From an uncultured virus (IMG/VR IMGVR_UViG_3300015608_004663) (taxonomy: Duplodnaviria > Heunggongvirae > Uroviricota > Caudoviricetes): a stretch of 64,000 nt of DNA. Below, piece by piece: positions 25,716-36,146 of the stretch. The stretch's first letter is position 1, and each line of letters begins with the position of its first letter. Where the stretch lies: the IMG/VR virus record IMGVR_UViG_3300015608_004663, one strand, 5' to 3'. The notes beneath the pieces are model-generated. The model worked only from the letters and a program-made list of their open reading frames with translations. It did no database searches and was not told the DNA's origin. The position numbers and the translations under genes are program-made.

Positions 25716-26177
25716 TTAACTAATTTTCTTGCCGAGCCCGCGCGCAGCGCGCTTGATATACTTGTGCAGAAAATATCTGAAATCATCAAGAGTGCTGACT
25801 ATCTCTGGATGATCGTACATCAGCTGTATATCAGCAGAAGTTGGAGCATCTGGATCTGTTGGATCGATCGATTTCTCAAGAACTTTTATATAGTCTTTCA
25901 CAGCTGAAAGCACAATCAGATCTCGATCTGCATCAGGTAGCGATGCAAGAAATTGCGCTTTCAAAAGCGCTTTATCAACAGCTTGCTTAGCGCCGCTTAC
26001 GCTAAATCCAAGATCATCTGCAATTTTTTGCAAATTATCTCCATCAACATCTGTCATCATCTTATTTTGACGCTTCTTGATAAGAGCTTCTACTGAATCA
26101 ATTGCTTCAGCTATAGCTTTTCTGATTGTTGCTCTGACAAGAATCTCTTCTGTGTTTCGATTGTATCTGCTACGCAT
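25716..26177 (-). CDS. Hypothetical HTH-containing protein
   Basis: LQKIADDLGFSVSGAKQ. Confidence 0.65.
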   Translation of the reverse strand: MRSRYNRNTEEILVRATIRKAIAEAIDSVEALIKKRQNKMMTDVDGDNLQKIADDLGFSVSGAKQAVDKALLKAQFLASLPDADRDLIVLSAVKDYIKVLEKSIDPTDPDAPTSADIQLMYDHPEIVSTLDDFRYFLHKYIKRAARGLGKKIS

Positions 26178-26235
26178 GTTAATCCTTCTGAAATAAATAT
26201 AATTTCATATTCTTTTTACAGAAAATGTAGATCAA

Positions 26236-26574
26236 TTATTTGCTTGACGTTTCATGATTGCGCTCTATTTCATCAAACACATTAACAGCTGTTAATTTTC
26301 TCTCAGACGAGAAAGATTTGCTTTTGCTGATAAGAAATTCTGCTGTCTCAGTTTTCAAGGATATCTCGCGAAGCATCCAACCAACAAGAGCATCAATCGT
26401 TGTGTTATTAGATTGCAACTCACTTTTTGCTGAGTGCAAATCGTTTCTGCTGATCTTAACAGTGCAGGAAGATTTCTGATCAATCTGATCAAGTAGACGG
26501 TCCCGCTCGTCCGGCTCTAGGGGCTTGAACGTTAGCTTCCGTTTCATGTGCTGTCTCATCTGGTGACACGCCAA
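26236..26574 (-). CDS. Hypothetical protein
   Basis: ORF; start likely at MKRK. Confidence 0.55.
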   Translation of the reverse strand: MACHQMRQHMKRKLTFKPLEPDERDRLLDQIDQKSSCTVKISRNDLHSAKSELQSNNTTIDALVGWMLREISLKTETAEFLISKSKSFSSERKLTAVNVFDEIERNHETSSK

Positions 26575-27040
26575 ACTTTGTTAGCAGAATATCAGTGACA
26601 GATTTTCTGTGCTCAGCTGGAATCTTGTCGATTCCCATCTTCAGTATTGTGTGCTTCAATTCTAAAATTTTGCTAGCTCTGTTAGCTATTCCTAGCAACT
26701 CTTGCGCAAAGCGCATTGCATTGAAATCATCAGATAAGATGTCATCAATGTACTTGTTAATTTGAGCATCAATTGATGCTTTTGATTGCGCTTGCTTTTG
26801 ATTTTTATCTTTGTCTTTTTCGCTATCATCTTCTTTGATCACGAACGGTGAGCGACCAAGACGAAAATCCCACTCTGCTAAAGTTAGCATCTTGCCCGTT
26901 GTTGACTTGATGATGATGTTGTCACCAAGAGATCTGTGCGATGCAACTGTTAACCTGAATTCTTGCAGTGCATTGCCGCTAGCGTCAATTTTTTGAACGC
27001 AAATCTTAGCACCAGGGCGCAGTAATTCTTCACCAATCAT
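26489..27040 (-). CDS. Hypothetical protein
   Basis: ATGA overlap with the upstream gene. Confidence 0.7.
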   Translation of the reverse strand: MIGEELLRPGAKICVQKIDASGNALQEFRLTVASHRSLGDNIIIKSTTGKMLTLAEWDFRLGRSPFVIKEDDSEKDKDKNQKQAQSKASIDAQINKYIDDILSDDFNAMRFAQELLGIANRASKILELKHTILKMGIDKIPAEHRKSVTDILLTKFGVSPDETAHETEANVQAPRAGRAGPST

Positions 27041-27765
27041 TTGATTGCCTGAGCAAGTGAATCTGATTTTGCTATCCGATCATTGATAACATCCCAATTT
27101 AGCTCTGCCATCATCTTTGATGCGTAATCCACGATGTTTGTGTTAAAATCTTTTACGTAAGAGTGCTCATGACAGTCAAGAACAATCACTGGCCATGAAC
27201 CAATGATAGCGTCAGTGTTATCATTGTGAATTGTGATATTCACAAACTTGCGCAGAAATGTATCAAACGTTGTAACGACCCAACCATTGCAGCGCATCTC
27301 ACTTGCTCTAGAGAAGAAGTCTCTTTGCCAATCATTGAAATCACCAAAATCTCTAGCTAATCTAGCGTAAGCAATTGATGAAATTGATATCTGACTGTTT
27401 CTGCAAAATGCATTGCTGAAAAATAACTCGTGAAGTAGCACGCTGTTTCTAGCAGAAACAAGATCACCATTTATCTTTGCAAGATTGTGAAAATCGCTCT
27501 TGCTTGATGACGATGCGCTCTCAGCAGATAATCTTGTATAAGATTCACATGCGTGTTTGTACACATCAATATGAAGCGCTTTTGATTCTTTTGAAATTAT
27601 GTCGCTGTCGAGTGCATATTGCTTTGGTTGCGCGACGAAAGCGATCGATTCATTGATTTTAGCTTTTTGCTTGATGTGAGATTGATCTTGAATCACATCA
27701 CGCAGTGGAATTTTAATTGATAATGATCGACTAGATTTCATAATCTTTCTCAAAAGTTGCTGCAT
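27037..27765 (-). CDS. Fe/Mn superoxide dismutase-like protein
   Basis: LH...Y, LHELFF, GWVV, VLDCHEHSY. Confidence 0.85.
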   Translation of the reverse strand: MQQLLRKIMKSSRSLSIKIPLRDVIQDQSHIKQKAKINESIAFVAQPKQYALDSDIISKESKALHIDVYKHACESYTRLSAESASSSSKSDFHNLAKINGDLVSARNSVLLHELFFSNAFCRNSQISISSIAYARLARDFGDFNDWQRDFFSRASEMRCNGWVVTTFDTFLRKFVNITIHNDNTDAIIGSWPVIVLDCHEHSYVKDFNTNIVDYASKMMAELNWDVINDRIAKSDSLAQAIK

Positions 27766-28003
27766 CTACTGCAAACTCTTTACCCTCTGGTGTTCTAAGA
27801 ATGACATCTTTCTTTGAAACTGACACGACAGTGTAAAGAAATCCAGTAGAAGAATGTTTAACTTTTAGATCGGGAGATGCATCATCGATCTTAGCATTCA
27901 CACTTTCTAACAAAGATGATAGCATAAACTCAAATTGTTTTTTTGCGCGCAAAATATTCATTTTACAGTATGTAATATCACAAAACAAACTTGTGCACAT
28001 CAA
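27731..28003 (-). CDS. Hypothetical SH3-like protein
   Basis: LKVKH...LYTVVSV...LRTPEG. Confidence 0.6.
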   Translation of the reverse strand: MMCTSLFCDITYCKMNILRAKKQFEFMLSSLLESVNAKIDDASPDLKVKHSSTGFLYTVVSVSKKDVILRTPEGKEFAVDAATFEKDYEI

Positions 28004-28916
28004 CTCCAGTATTTTTCAGCAACGCGATTCCAGAAGCATCTCTGTACTCTGATTCATAAATGACTTTTGATATGCGAGCGTTGATGATTGCTTTTGCGCA
28101 CATTATGCACGGACTGTGAGTAACGTACATGTATTTTTTTTGCAAACTGTGATAATCGAGCTTGATTAAGGCATTAAGTTCAGCGTGAATCATCCCAGAC
28201 TGACCTGGAATTTGCGACTCTCGCTCGTGCGGCCCGCCACGATAATTACCATTATATCCATGTGATAGAATCGTTGTGTTCTCATCATTTACGATGACAG
28301 CGCCAACTTTCAAAGAAGGATCATAAGATCTTTGCGCGATCAAGCGAGCCATTGTCATCCACGTCACGTTCCAGCTGTTTCTTTGCACAGCGCTAGAGAC
28401 ATCGTAGTCTGGAAACAGAGCAGAGAATCGCTGCAGAAACGCCACTTCAGCTTCGCGTGGAGTCATCGCTATGATCTCCATTGCGTAAGGATCGTGCGCG
28501 AAATCAAAACTGTGTGTTAACACTTGCTTGATCTCAGTTGCGCACACGCGTTGATCTGCATCATGAAGATCGTGCGGCTCGTTTTTGATATCTAAACCAA
28601 AGCGCTCATAAATTGACGCTTGAAGCTTGTGCTCAAGCTTGCGATAATCTGCAAACATTTGCGATTTTTTCTGAGGAGACGGAATGTCAAGCATGTACGC
28701 TTCAGACGCATCGTGCAGCAATCCATAGCGTGGATCTGAAGCGTACATTGATACTAGCACACTGTGCTGCGCAACACTGTAAAAATTCTTCACATGACCA
28801 GCATACCTGCAGATATTTGATAAAGCTTTAGCGATATCAAATATGTTTATATCATTGATATTATAAGAAAAAATATCAAATTTAACGCCGTTATTCGTCA
28901 TGATGTACGATGACAT
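27978..28916 (-). CDS. YfbR-like HD 5'-deoxynucleotidase fused to dCMP deaminase
   Basis: CRYAGH, YSVAQHS, LLHDASEAY; then HAELNA and SPCIMC. Confidence 0.88.
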   Translation of the reverse strand: MSSYIMTNNGVKFDIFSYNINDINIFDIAKALSNICRYAGHVKNFYSVAQHSVLVSMYASDPRYGLLHDASEAYMLDIPSPQKKSQMFADYRKLEHKLQASIYERFGLDIKNEPHDLHDADQRVCATEIKQVLTHSFDFAHDPYAMEIIAMTPREAEVAFLQRFSALFPDYDVSSAVQRNSWNVTWMTMARLIAQRSYDPSLKVGAVIVNDENTTILSHGYNGNYRGGPHERESQIPGQSGMIHAELNALIKLDYHSLQKKYMYVTHSPCIMCAKAIINARISKVIYESEYRDASGIALLKNTGVDVHKFVL

Positions 28917-28962
28917 ATATCATTTGCTTTCATTTGTTCAGATGTGATACGAGACTGCAGAA

Positions 28963-29517
28963 TCACTTTCTGCCAAGCAGTGGATGGTGCTTATAGCAAA
29001 CAGGTTCGTATGCTTCTGGACCACCTATCTTCACATCTTGTTCAGTTGGTTGTGAGCCATGTTTGAAGCTTGTGAATCTTGCATTTGCGCCACACACTAC
29101 GCAGACTGCATGAAGCTTATTGACAGCAGTAGCAATGCTAAGCAACTTCATAGATTCTTCAAATGGAATGCAACTTGCAGACAGATCAAGAGTTGATACA
29201 GATGCAGAGCAACCACGCATGAAATTATCCATGATTGCATCAGCTATGCCTTTGATCATAAAGGCTTCATCCACAGCAACAAACGTTGCTGTTTTTGTGA
29301 TCTCTCGAAACTCTTCTGCGCTCTCAATCGCAATAGCTTGCACGCTAAGACCCATGTGAGTGATAACAGAGTTATGAGCGTAGCGAGTGTCTATCTTGGG
29401 CTTCACTATAACAACATTATCACGACGATACTTGGCTCTCTCTGCGTCAACAAGCAAGTGAGTAGTCTTTGAAGCCATCATTGGGCCGCAGTAAACTGTG
29501 ATAGATGGTTCAATCAT
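28963..29517 (-). CDS. tdk: Thymidine kinase
   Basis: GPMMASKT, VDEAFM, CVVC, IGGPEAYEPVC. Confidence 0.92.
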   Translation of the reverse strand: MIEPSITVYCGPMMASKTTHLLVDAERAKYRRDNVVIVKPKIDTRYAHNSVITHMGLSVQAIAIESAEEFREITKTATFVAVDEAFMIKGIADAIMDNFMRGCSASVSTLDLSASCIPFEESMKLLSIATAVNKLHAVCVVCGANARFTSFKHGSQPTEQDVKIGGPEAYEPVCYKHHPLLGRK

Positions 29518-30482
29518 CTGAATGACTCAAACGCCCAACCGTGCCATGCGCACTTTTCTTTGATAAGAGCGTAACTTTCTTGTTTCAATCCGTTCTTACG
29601 CAACCAAAAAGCACCAATCAGCACTATGAAATCAAACCAGTATTCATCAATCTCGCTTGAAGCTCGAGACAGCACGTTTTCAACATCAGAGACTGATGCA
29701 GCACTGCGCAGATCTTGCTCTGCTTGAAGCATTTTTTCTAATGGGGGTTTTGATTTCATCTCTGGCATAGAGATCGATGCTTGCTTGCTATTGTTTGCAA
29801 GAACAATATTAACTTTATCAAAATCACGCTCGTAGATGTGCACTGATCCACCAGTGTGATTGTAAGATCCAAGTTTCACACCAAGCTCTAGCGCCATCAG
29901 CTCTTGAAAAAGAGTAAACGCTGGAACGTCGTTGGCAAGACCTAACCACAGATCTGAGCTGCGCATAGAGGCCCACATGTGGAGCGCGCTGTCTCTGATA
30001 AAGAACTGAAAGCCAATCGTGCAAGGAACATCAAGTTTCGCATGAAACGAATCGTGTGGCAATCTAATGTGAATGAACGCGCGGCGAGAATCTGGATCGC
30101 GCGTCAGCTCTTGCTTCACCCACTCCCACTGAGAGTGATTTATGCCCAACTCTGAAGCTTGCTTAAAGATCCTAGCGCCGTAGGCGGAATTCACATTAAC
30201 GCCATCATCAGATATCTTTGTCCAGAACGGAGCGTAGGGTGCAATCCAATTTACAGATCTAATACCTGCAAGATACCAAAGGCACTCAGCTGCCATGTAC
30301 TGAGGACTGTACAGTCGGCCGCTTATAAAGGGTAATCTGTGTCGAGGATTTGTGATTTTAAAAGATGAACACAAATTTTCTTTTATAAACTGTCCTCGTG
30401 GAGAGCAAGTAAACTCTGCTTCTTGAGCAACAGAGCGCAATTCAGCTAAATAAGCATCTGTGAACGTTTCAAATGATTTCAT
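29514..30482 (-). CDS. Thymidylate synthase-family enzyme, predicted dCMP hydroxymethylase
   Basis: PCT, MRSSD, GLAND (Asp where ThyA has Asn177), SVHIYE. Confidence 0.8.
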   Translation of the reverse strand: MKSFETFTDAYLAELRSVAQEAEFTCSPRGQFIKENLCSSFKITNPRHRLPFISGRLYSPQYMAAECLWYLAGIRSVNWIAPYAPFWTKISDDGVNVNSAYGARIFKQASELGINHSQWEWVKQELTRDPDSRRAFIHIRLPHDSFHAKLDVPCTIGFQFFIRDSALHMWASMRSSDLWLGLANDVPAFTLFQELMALELGVKLGSYNHTGGSVHIYERDFDKVNIVLANNSKQASISMPEMKSKPPLEKMLQAEQDLRSAASVSDVENVLSRASSEIDEYWFDFIVLIGAFWLRKNGLKQESYALIKEKCAWHGWAFESFR

Positions 30483-31438
30483 TTACTTGTCCATGCAAGA
30501 TTTTTCTCAGCCCACTCAGCTGTGAGCTCTAGTCCTTGCCAGATATTGACGCGTGGAATGTATCCAAGATCTTCTCGAGCAGATGTGATATCTGCTTGAG
30601 TGTGCATAACGTCACCAGCTCTTGTTGGTGCTGATACGCTATGAAATGAAACATATCGGTTCTTAAACCAAGAGAGAATCTCATTGTTTGAGGTTCTATC
30701 ACCGCAGCCGACATTGTAACTTTGCCCACTAAATGTAGCGCTGCGCTCACCAGCTAGCACGCAAGCGTCAACAACGTTAGCGACGTAGCACATGTCTCGT
30801 GTTTGCGTTCCATCTCCATCAGATCGCGCTGGCTTGCCAGCGGCGAGCGCAGCGAACCAGGCTGCGATAGCTGTGGCGTACGGTGAATCACCTAACTGTC
30901 TTGGGCCAAACACGTTAAAGAATCGCAAAGATACGCAATCAACACCGTACAGCTTAGAATACATGCGCAGCGCCATCTCACACTGAGCTTTCTGCATTGC
31001 GTACGGAGACGCTTGCGTAAACAAGCCAGCAGAAATTTCTTTAGCTGGCAACTCTACTTCTCCTCCATAGACAGAGCTTGAGGACGCTAGCACTAGCCTG
31101 GGCTTGCGCTTGCATTTTCGTATCGCTTCCAGCAATATCATAGTTTTATGATAGTTTTCTACGTACGTATCATGTGGATTCTCCACAGAGAAGCTTACGC
31201 GTGGAACTGCAGCCATGTGATACACAACATCAACACCATCCAAAGCATCAGTGATTAAATCAGAAGCAAAATCTTTTACGATTATCTGCTTAGATGTGTG
31301 CTTGTCTAGCAATTCTGGATGCCCATTTGACATGTTATCAACACCAACAGCATCACAACCTTTAGACAATAATGTTTCTAAGAGATGACCACCGATGAAA
31401 CCAGCAGCTCCAGTGACAATAGCAGTTTTTGTTGTCAT
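30479..31438 (-). CDS. NAD-dependent NDP-sugar epimerase/dehydratase
   Basis: TGAAGFIG, SSSSVYG, YAMQK, RFFNVFGP. Confidence 0.92.
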   Translation of the reverse strand: MTTKTAIVTGAAGFIGGHLLETLLSKGCDAVGVDNMSNGHPELLDKHTSKQIIVKDFASDLITDALDGVDVVYHMAAVPRVSFSVENPHDTYVENYHKTMILLEAIRKCKRKPRLVLASSSSVYGGEVELPAKEISAGLFTQASPYAMQKAQCEMALRMYSKLYGVDCVSLRFFNVFGPRQLGDSPYATAIAAWFAALAAGKPARSDGDGTQTRDMCYVANVVDACVLAGERSATFSGQSYNVGCGDRTSNNEILSWFKNRYVSFHSVSAPTRAGDVMHTQADITSAREDLGYIPRVNIWQGLELTAEWAEKNLAWTSK

Positions 31439-31479
31439 ATTGAATTTAATATAAATTCAAGCTGTTAGTTTGATCAATA

Positions 31480-32118
31480 TCACAAACCAAATGCAGCATA
31501 AATAGCGTTCCAATCAAATGCTGCACCCGGATCCCAAGAGCCACGATTGTTAAATCTGCTTATTGGATCTGCATCAGAGTGACCAAACACAGATTGTCTT
31601 GCTATCGGTATGCGACAAGACACAGAGATAGCAGCAATCAATTCTTGAAGCGCGATATACTGCTCATCTGTAAACACGCGCTCTGTTGGTTTGCGCAAAG
31701 CAACGAGTTCAATACCCACAGATGAGTAATTTGGCTTTGGACCAGCAATAGATCTTGGATCAGAAACATTGGGCCATCTAGCAAACCAAGAATCATAATA
31801 CGTATCTGATGCTGTTTCTTCAAGAGCACCATTACGCTTGCGCCAGCGCTTCCAAACATTCACGCCTTTATCGTACAAAGCAGCAACAGCGTCATTGTAC
31901 GCAATGTGCCAAGCCACGTTTGTTTCTGGAACGATTCTGTGAATAGTTCCGCTTGGATCAACAACGTAGTGCGGACACAGACTTTTTGGAGTTGTGTAGT
32001 ATTTTATTATTTTCGCAGCGTCGGTGTCGCCAGTGTTATGGATGATGATCTGAAAAGGATCTTTGTATCTAGCTGGTGTCGTTCTTGCTTTAGTGTGATC
32101 TATTATGTTCATCATCAT
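31480..32118 (-). CDS. N-acetylmuramoyl-L-alanine amidase (endolysin-like)
   Basis: IIIHNT, PHYVV, AWH, SVGIE, GHSD, DPG. Confidence 0.88.
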   Translation of the reverse strand: MMMNIIDHTKARTTPARYKDPFQIIIHNTGDTDAAKIIKYYTTPKSLCPHYVVDPSGTIHRIVPETNVAWHIAYNDAVAALYDKGVNVWKRWRKRNGALEETASDTYYDSWFARWPNVSDPRSIAGPKPNYSSVGIELVALRKPTERVFTDEQYIALQELIAAISVSCRIPIARQSVFGHSDADPISRFNNRGSWDPGAAFDWNAIYAAFGL

Positions 32119-32131
32119 ACGTATATGATGA

Positions 32132-33724
32132 TCACTGCAGAGCGCTAATAAATGATTTGTTGAACATAGATCTATTATCTGCAAAAAATCTTTCCCAGCA
32201 AGAGTCTAAGATGTACGTTTCTGCCCAATCAGTTTCATTCCTCACAGATCTTCCAACTGCTTGAGCTATCTTTGATGCAGTGATCCAAGAGTACCACTTT
32301 GGATTTCTCTCTGCTCGCTTTCGAACCCAAGCGTCTTGAAAGTGCGGAAAAGGAATCTTGCAAATGATCTGAAATCTACTCAGATCATCTCTGAGATCAA
32401 CACCCTCAATCATGGACGGAGAGAACAGAACAGTCGGTCTCTGCGTTGATAGATGCGTCGCTAGAGCTGCGTCTCTGTTTGAATCATCATGAAAGATGCA
32501 CCTAGAAGACGATATTGATTCTTGCAATATCTTTGATATTTTGTAATTGCCTGTGTGAACTATGCCTTTGTGCATTGAGTGCTCGCGCAGGATGATCTTA
32601 ACAGCTTCAATAAGATTTGGTATTGATTTATCGATCTGAGACGCAGACATTTTACCTATTGGTGTGTAGTGAATTGGTCGCTGCGCAGGATCAAAAGGAG
32701 ATTCAAAAGACACAAATCTTGCGCTCTTGTGATCGATACCTAGCGCATCACACAAGACGCTGCTGTCACAGATAGTAGCAGACATTAACAAAACGTTTGC
32801 TGCGTATTTAAAAAGCATCTGCTCAGCTGAATCAGCGATGTCTGTGGGTTTGATTGACACAGATATTTCTCCGTGCTCATCATAGCTTATGCTTGTTGCC
32901 CACGTGTCATCAATTGATTCAGCGATCCTTTTGATCTTTGAAATAAGATTAACTAACTTCTCCAGTCTTTTAGCTTCAAGCTGAATAACGCTAGATTCTA
33001 AGCTTTCTCTTGAAGCGCACGACAGCAGCTTTGTTATTTTTTCAATCTCTGTCTTGATAGCTTTTGCGCAAGTATCATTAAGCCATGTCACTATCTCATC
33101 TACGCTTGACAGATTTGGAACTGATATGTTTAATATTTTTCTGATTGATTGTGAGCTGAACTGCAGTTCACACATCGCGCACAGCGCTGTCTCTAGAGTG
33201 TGACACTCATCAATCGCCATGAATGGTTTTTTAACAATATCTTTTACGTACAGAGCATCATGCAAAAAGAATGCATAGTTTGTTAAACTTATATCACTAT
33301 CTAAAAAATCTTTCTTTGCAATTTTATACAAGCATGAAGCGCCGCAGATCTTATCTCCCATAAGCTTCTGCAACTTTGAAGATTCAGAGCAGTTAGCAGC
33401 AAGCTGCGAGCAACTGTAAGATGCAGCAGATTTGATAGATTTGATGTGCTGATTAAAATCATTAACATACTGATCTTGCAGAATTTTTTGCGGCGTTAAA
33501 ATGTAACCGCCAGATTTTATCTGGGCTGTCGTGATAGAGTTTCTTGCTGCAAAGTGCGCAAGCGTAGCAGCTACTGCTGATTTGCCGCAGCCCACACCCA
33601 TCTCTAGCAGCTCAAATTTGCGCCCAAGATCAAACGTTTCAAGAGCGTGCTCGATCGCTGCTACTTGCTGCGGCCGAGGTGAAGCGAAAGGAAAAGAATC
33701 ATGCCAGTCATGTGGGTGCATCAC
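32132..33724 (-). CDS. DinG/XPD-like Fe-S helicase
   Basis: RPQQ, GCGKS, four-Cys cluster, DECH, MSAT, QAVGRSVR. Confidence 0.9.
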   Translation of the reverse strand: MMHPHDWHDSFPFASPRPQQVAAIEHALETFDLGRKFELLEMGVGCGKSAVAATLAHFAARNSITTAQIKSGGYILTPQKILQDQYVNDFNQHIKSIKSAASYSCSQLAANCSESSKLQKLMGDKICGASCLYKIAKKDFLDSDISLTNYAFFLHDALYVKDIVKKPFMAIDECHTLETALCAMCELQFSSQSIRKILNISVPNLSSVDEIVTWLNDTCAKAIKTEIEKITKLLSCASRESLESSVIQLEAKRLEKLVNLISKIKRIAESIDDTWATSISYDEHGEISVSIKPTDIADSAEQMLFKYAANVLLMSATICDSSVLCDALGIDHKSARFVSFESPFDPAQRPIHYTPIGKMSASQIDKSIPNLIEAVKIILREHSMHKGIVHTGNYKISKILQESISSSRCIFHDDSNRDAALATHLSTQRPTVLFSPSMIEGVDLRDDLSRFQIICKIPFPHFQDAWVRKRAERNPKWYSWITASKIAQAVGRSVRNETDWAETYILDSCWERFFADNRSMFNKSFISALQ

Positions 33725-35025
33725 TCACCAAAAAGCTGCTTGATAGCGACTGGAGTTGTTTGCTCAAACGAGCACTGCTCTCTAACGATGCGTTTCAATT
33801 CTGCTTTAGATCGATTGAATGTGTCATCATTAGACTTGATCTTGCGCATCAATCTGATCGCGCCATCAACAATATCACTGAAATCTGGTGAGCACAGATT
33901 GTTCATATAACCCGCAGCGAGAGCGATCCGCGCATATTCATAATTTCTGATCCAGAGAGGAGCGCATCCCAATTCAATTCCTTCACGAGACGCTGTGCCG
34001 CCGTAAGCATCTTGATCATACAAACCAACGATGATGCTTGAGTGCTTCATCACGACTTTCATCTCATCTCTGTTAAAAGAATCTGGAACTAGCGAAATGG
34101 TTCCGCACATTTTCGCAAGCTCTTCATTCGTAAATTTTTGAGATGGATTACCAGCTATCACAGAGAACTTAATGTCTGAGCTAGCTCTTAGCTGCGGGAG
34201 AATGTCAAACAAGAATTTTCCACAGTTTGTGTAATCAGAGCTCCTGCCCTTTCCGCCAACTCTGTTTGGAACAAACACAATCAACTCTTGCGCTGCTAAG
34301 CGCTTCAATTCATTGACATCAAATCTTACGTTGCAAAGATTTGGCTCTGTTTGCATCTCTGCAGCAGAATAGCCATCATCCCACGGAGATGATTTTTTGC
34401 TAATAACACCAATCTGCCTTGCTGATAAAAACTGCTTTGCAGATTGGAGAAACACATTATAAGCAGAAGAGCACTGCCAAAAATTCCAGTCAGCTCGCTG
34501 CGCAGCTTCTAACTGTCCAAGCCACAGTGATGCATCAGTTGGAAACTTGGGACACTCTGGATTGTCAATGAAGTGAGAGTGCACGACGAAGCGAGGCCGC
34601 TTCGCTCCATGCAGAGCGAACATCGCGCAGAAATTTCTGAGGTGCATGGGATCGTTCATATAAACGACGTCAAACGGAGCTTCGCTCTTGTTTTTTTGCT
34701 TATCAAGCCGAAGAACTTTTGCTATCTGCGCTAGATTGAAATCAAATCTTGTAGCCAGAGCATTTGGAATCAGATCAATTGCAGCGTACTCAACTCTAGG
34801 GTCTAGCATGACATCTGGTGAAACTTTCTCTGGTTGAGTCTTCAGCTCTGTTCTTTTCGGGCCCGTGATCGTGATAGACAAATTCTGTCGTAGTTTTAGC
34901 AGCTCTCTGATGCGCCCAACCACCATTTGCCATCCAGAATCGCATTCAAGTATCCAGACACCGTTGGTGTCATAATTGCTAAGTTGCGTCTGAACAAGCA
35001 GTTTGATGCACGTATTATTTTTCAT
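33721..35025 (-). CDS. Putative GT-B glycosyltransferase
   Basis: VVHSH and DAYGGTASREGIELGCAP (GT4-like signature); context of sugar-nucleotide genes. Confidence 0.65.
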   Translation of the reverse strand: MKNNTCIKLLVQTQLSNYDTNGVWILECDSGWQMVVGRIRELLKLRQNLSITITGPKRTELKTQPEKVSPDVMLDPRVEYAAIDLIPNALATRFDFNLAQIAKVLRLDKQKNKSEAPFDVVYMNDPMHLRNFCAMFALHGAKRPRFVVHSHFIDNPECPKFPTDASLWLGQLEAAQRADWNFWQCSSAYNVFLQSAKQFLSARQIGVISKKSSPWDDGYSAAEMQTEPNLCNVRFDVNELKRLAAQELIVFVPNRVGGKGRSSDYTNCGKFLFDILPQLRASSDIKFSVIAGNPSQKFTNEELAKMCGTISLVPDSFNRDEMKVVMKHSSIIVGLYDQDAYGGTASREGIELGCAPLWIRNYEYARIALAAGYMNNLCSPDFSDIVDGAIRLMRKIKSNDDTFNRSKAELKRIVREQCSFEQTTPVAIKQLFGE

Positions 35026-35040
35026 ATTTGATTTCTTAGA

Positions 35041-35325
35041 CTAGTCGTTGTTTAATTTCATAACTTCCGCGCTGATCTCATCATCCTCAGGCTCTACAAC
35101 TATGATTCGCTTTGCAGATTTCGCAGTTTTAATAGTTGAGCTGACTGATGAAGCTTTGCAGCGAATTACGTACGAAGATATCGGATGTGAAACGTATATA
35201 GCAACGCAATCTTCTAAACCGCGCACGTGATCAAGGCGCACTTGATTATCACTTTTGCAGCCAGAGATGCAAAACAGTAACAATCCAAAGATTATTGCTT
35301 TCACTGCTAAATCACTCCTTCGCAC
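35041..35325 (-). CDS. Putative lipoprotein
   Basis: Lipobox-like ISGC. Confidence 0.6.
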   Translation of the reverse strand: MRRSDLAVKAIIFGLLLFCISGCKSDNQVRLDHVRGLEDCVAIYVSHPISSYVIRCKASSVSSTIKTAKSAKRIIVVEPEDDEISAEVMKLNND

Positions 35326-35449
35326 TGATTATATCAGCAGCACACAATGATCAAGAACATGATAAGCATAGCAGCGATGACAGTGTCAGGACCTAGATTG
35401 ATATGTTCCCAAACATCATCAGTTTCTTTTAACATAAAAATTCTCTCAA

Positions 35450-36076
35450 TTAAAGATCAAACACGTACGGAGCGTTGACAGGTTCATATCTGCGGTTGCA
35501 GATGGCAACGTTGCAAAACATCACACCGTAGCGCTCAAGAACACCGTAACCTTCATGGATGTGACCAAATATATGGTACTTTGGCTTTTTTTCGATGACC
35601 GCAGAGAGAAGCTCGTCACACCCTACGCGCTCTCCTCTAGACACATAATCTAGAATGTCTTTTGGTGGTCCATGCGTGATCAGCACGTCTGTGTCAGCTG
35701 GTATTTTGCTCCACACAGCTCCGAGCGCAGGACCTCTTGGAAGATTGAACGCCCAATTGTAGAACTCTGGTTGCCACGGAGATCCATAAAACTTGATCTG
35801 ATCAATCAGAGTATAAGAATCTTTAAGATAAACGATCCCAGCGTCTCTCAGAAGCTGCTCAAACTTTTCTGGTTCATCTTGAAATCCAAGATCATGATTT
35901 CCAGCTACAAAAATCTTGTGCTTGTGTGGTAAGTGAATCATAGATGTAGCGAATTCAAGCACTTCACTATATCGCCCACCCATAGTTGCATCACCAGCAT
36001 GAATCAGCACATCACCATCAGGAATGCTGATCTGCTTTAGTTTGCAGTGTGTATCAGAAATAGCAACAATACGCAT
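35450..36076 (-). CDS. Calcineurin-like metallophosphoesterase
   Basis: SDTH, HAGD, GNHD, THGPP, GHIHE. Confidence 0.93.
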   Translation of the reverse strand: MRIVAISDTHCKLKQISIPDGDVLIHAGDATMGGRYSEVLEFATSMIHLPHKHKIFVAGNHDLGFQDEPEKFEQLLRDAGIVYLKDSYTLIDQIKFYGSPWQPEFYNWAFNLPRGPALGAVWSKIPADTDVLITHGPPKDILDYVSRGERVGCDELLSAVIEKKPKYHIFGHIHEGYGVLERYGVMFCNVAICNRRYEPVNAPYVFDL

Positions 36077-36146
36077 TTAACACATCCTATCAAAGTTATT
36101 TGTGCAACACTCACAAACTAACTCTACCTTAGATTTGTTTTGATAT

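Noticed and set aside
29514..30482. Ordinary ThyA
   Set aside because: Asp at the specificity position and the presence of ThyX argue for a dCMP-modifying enzyme.
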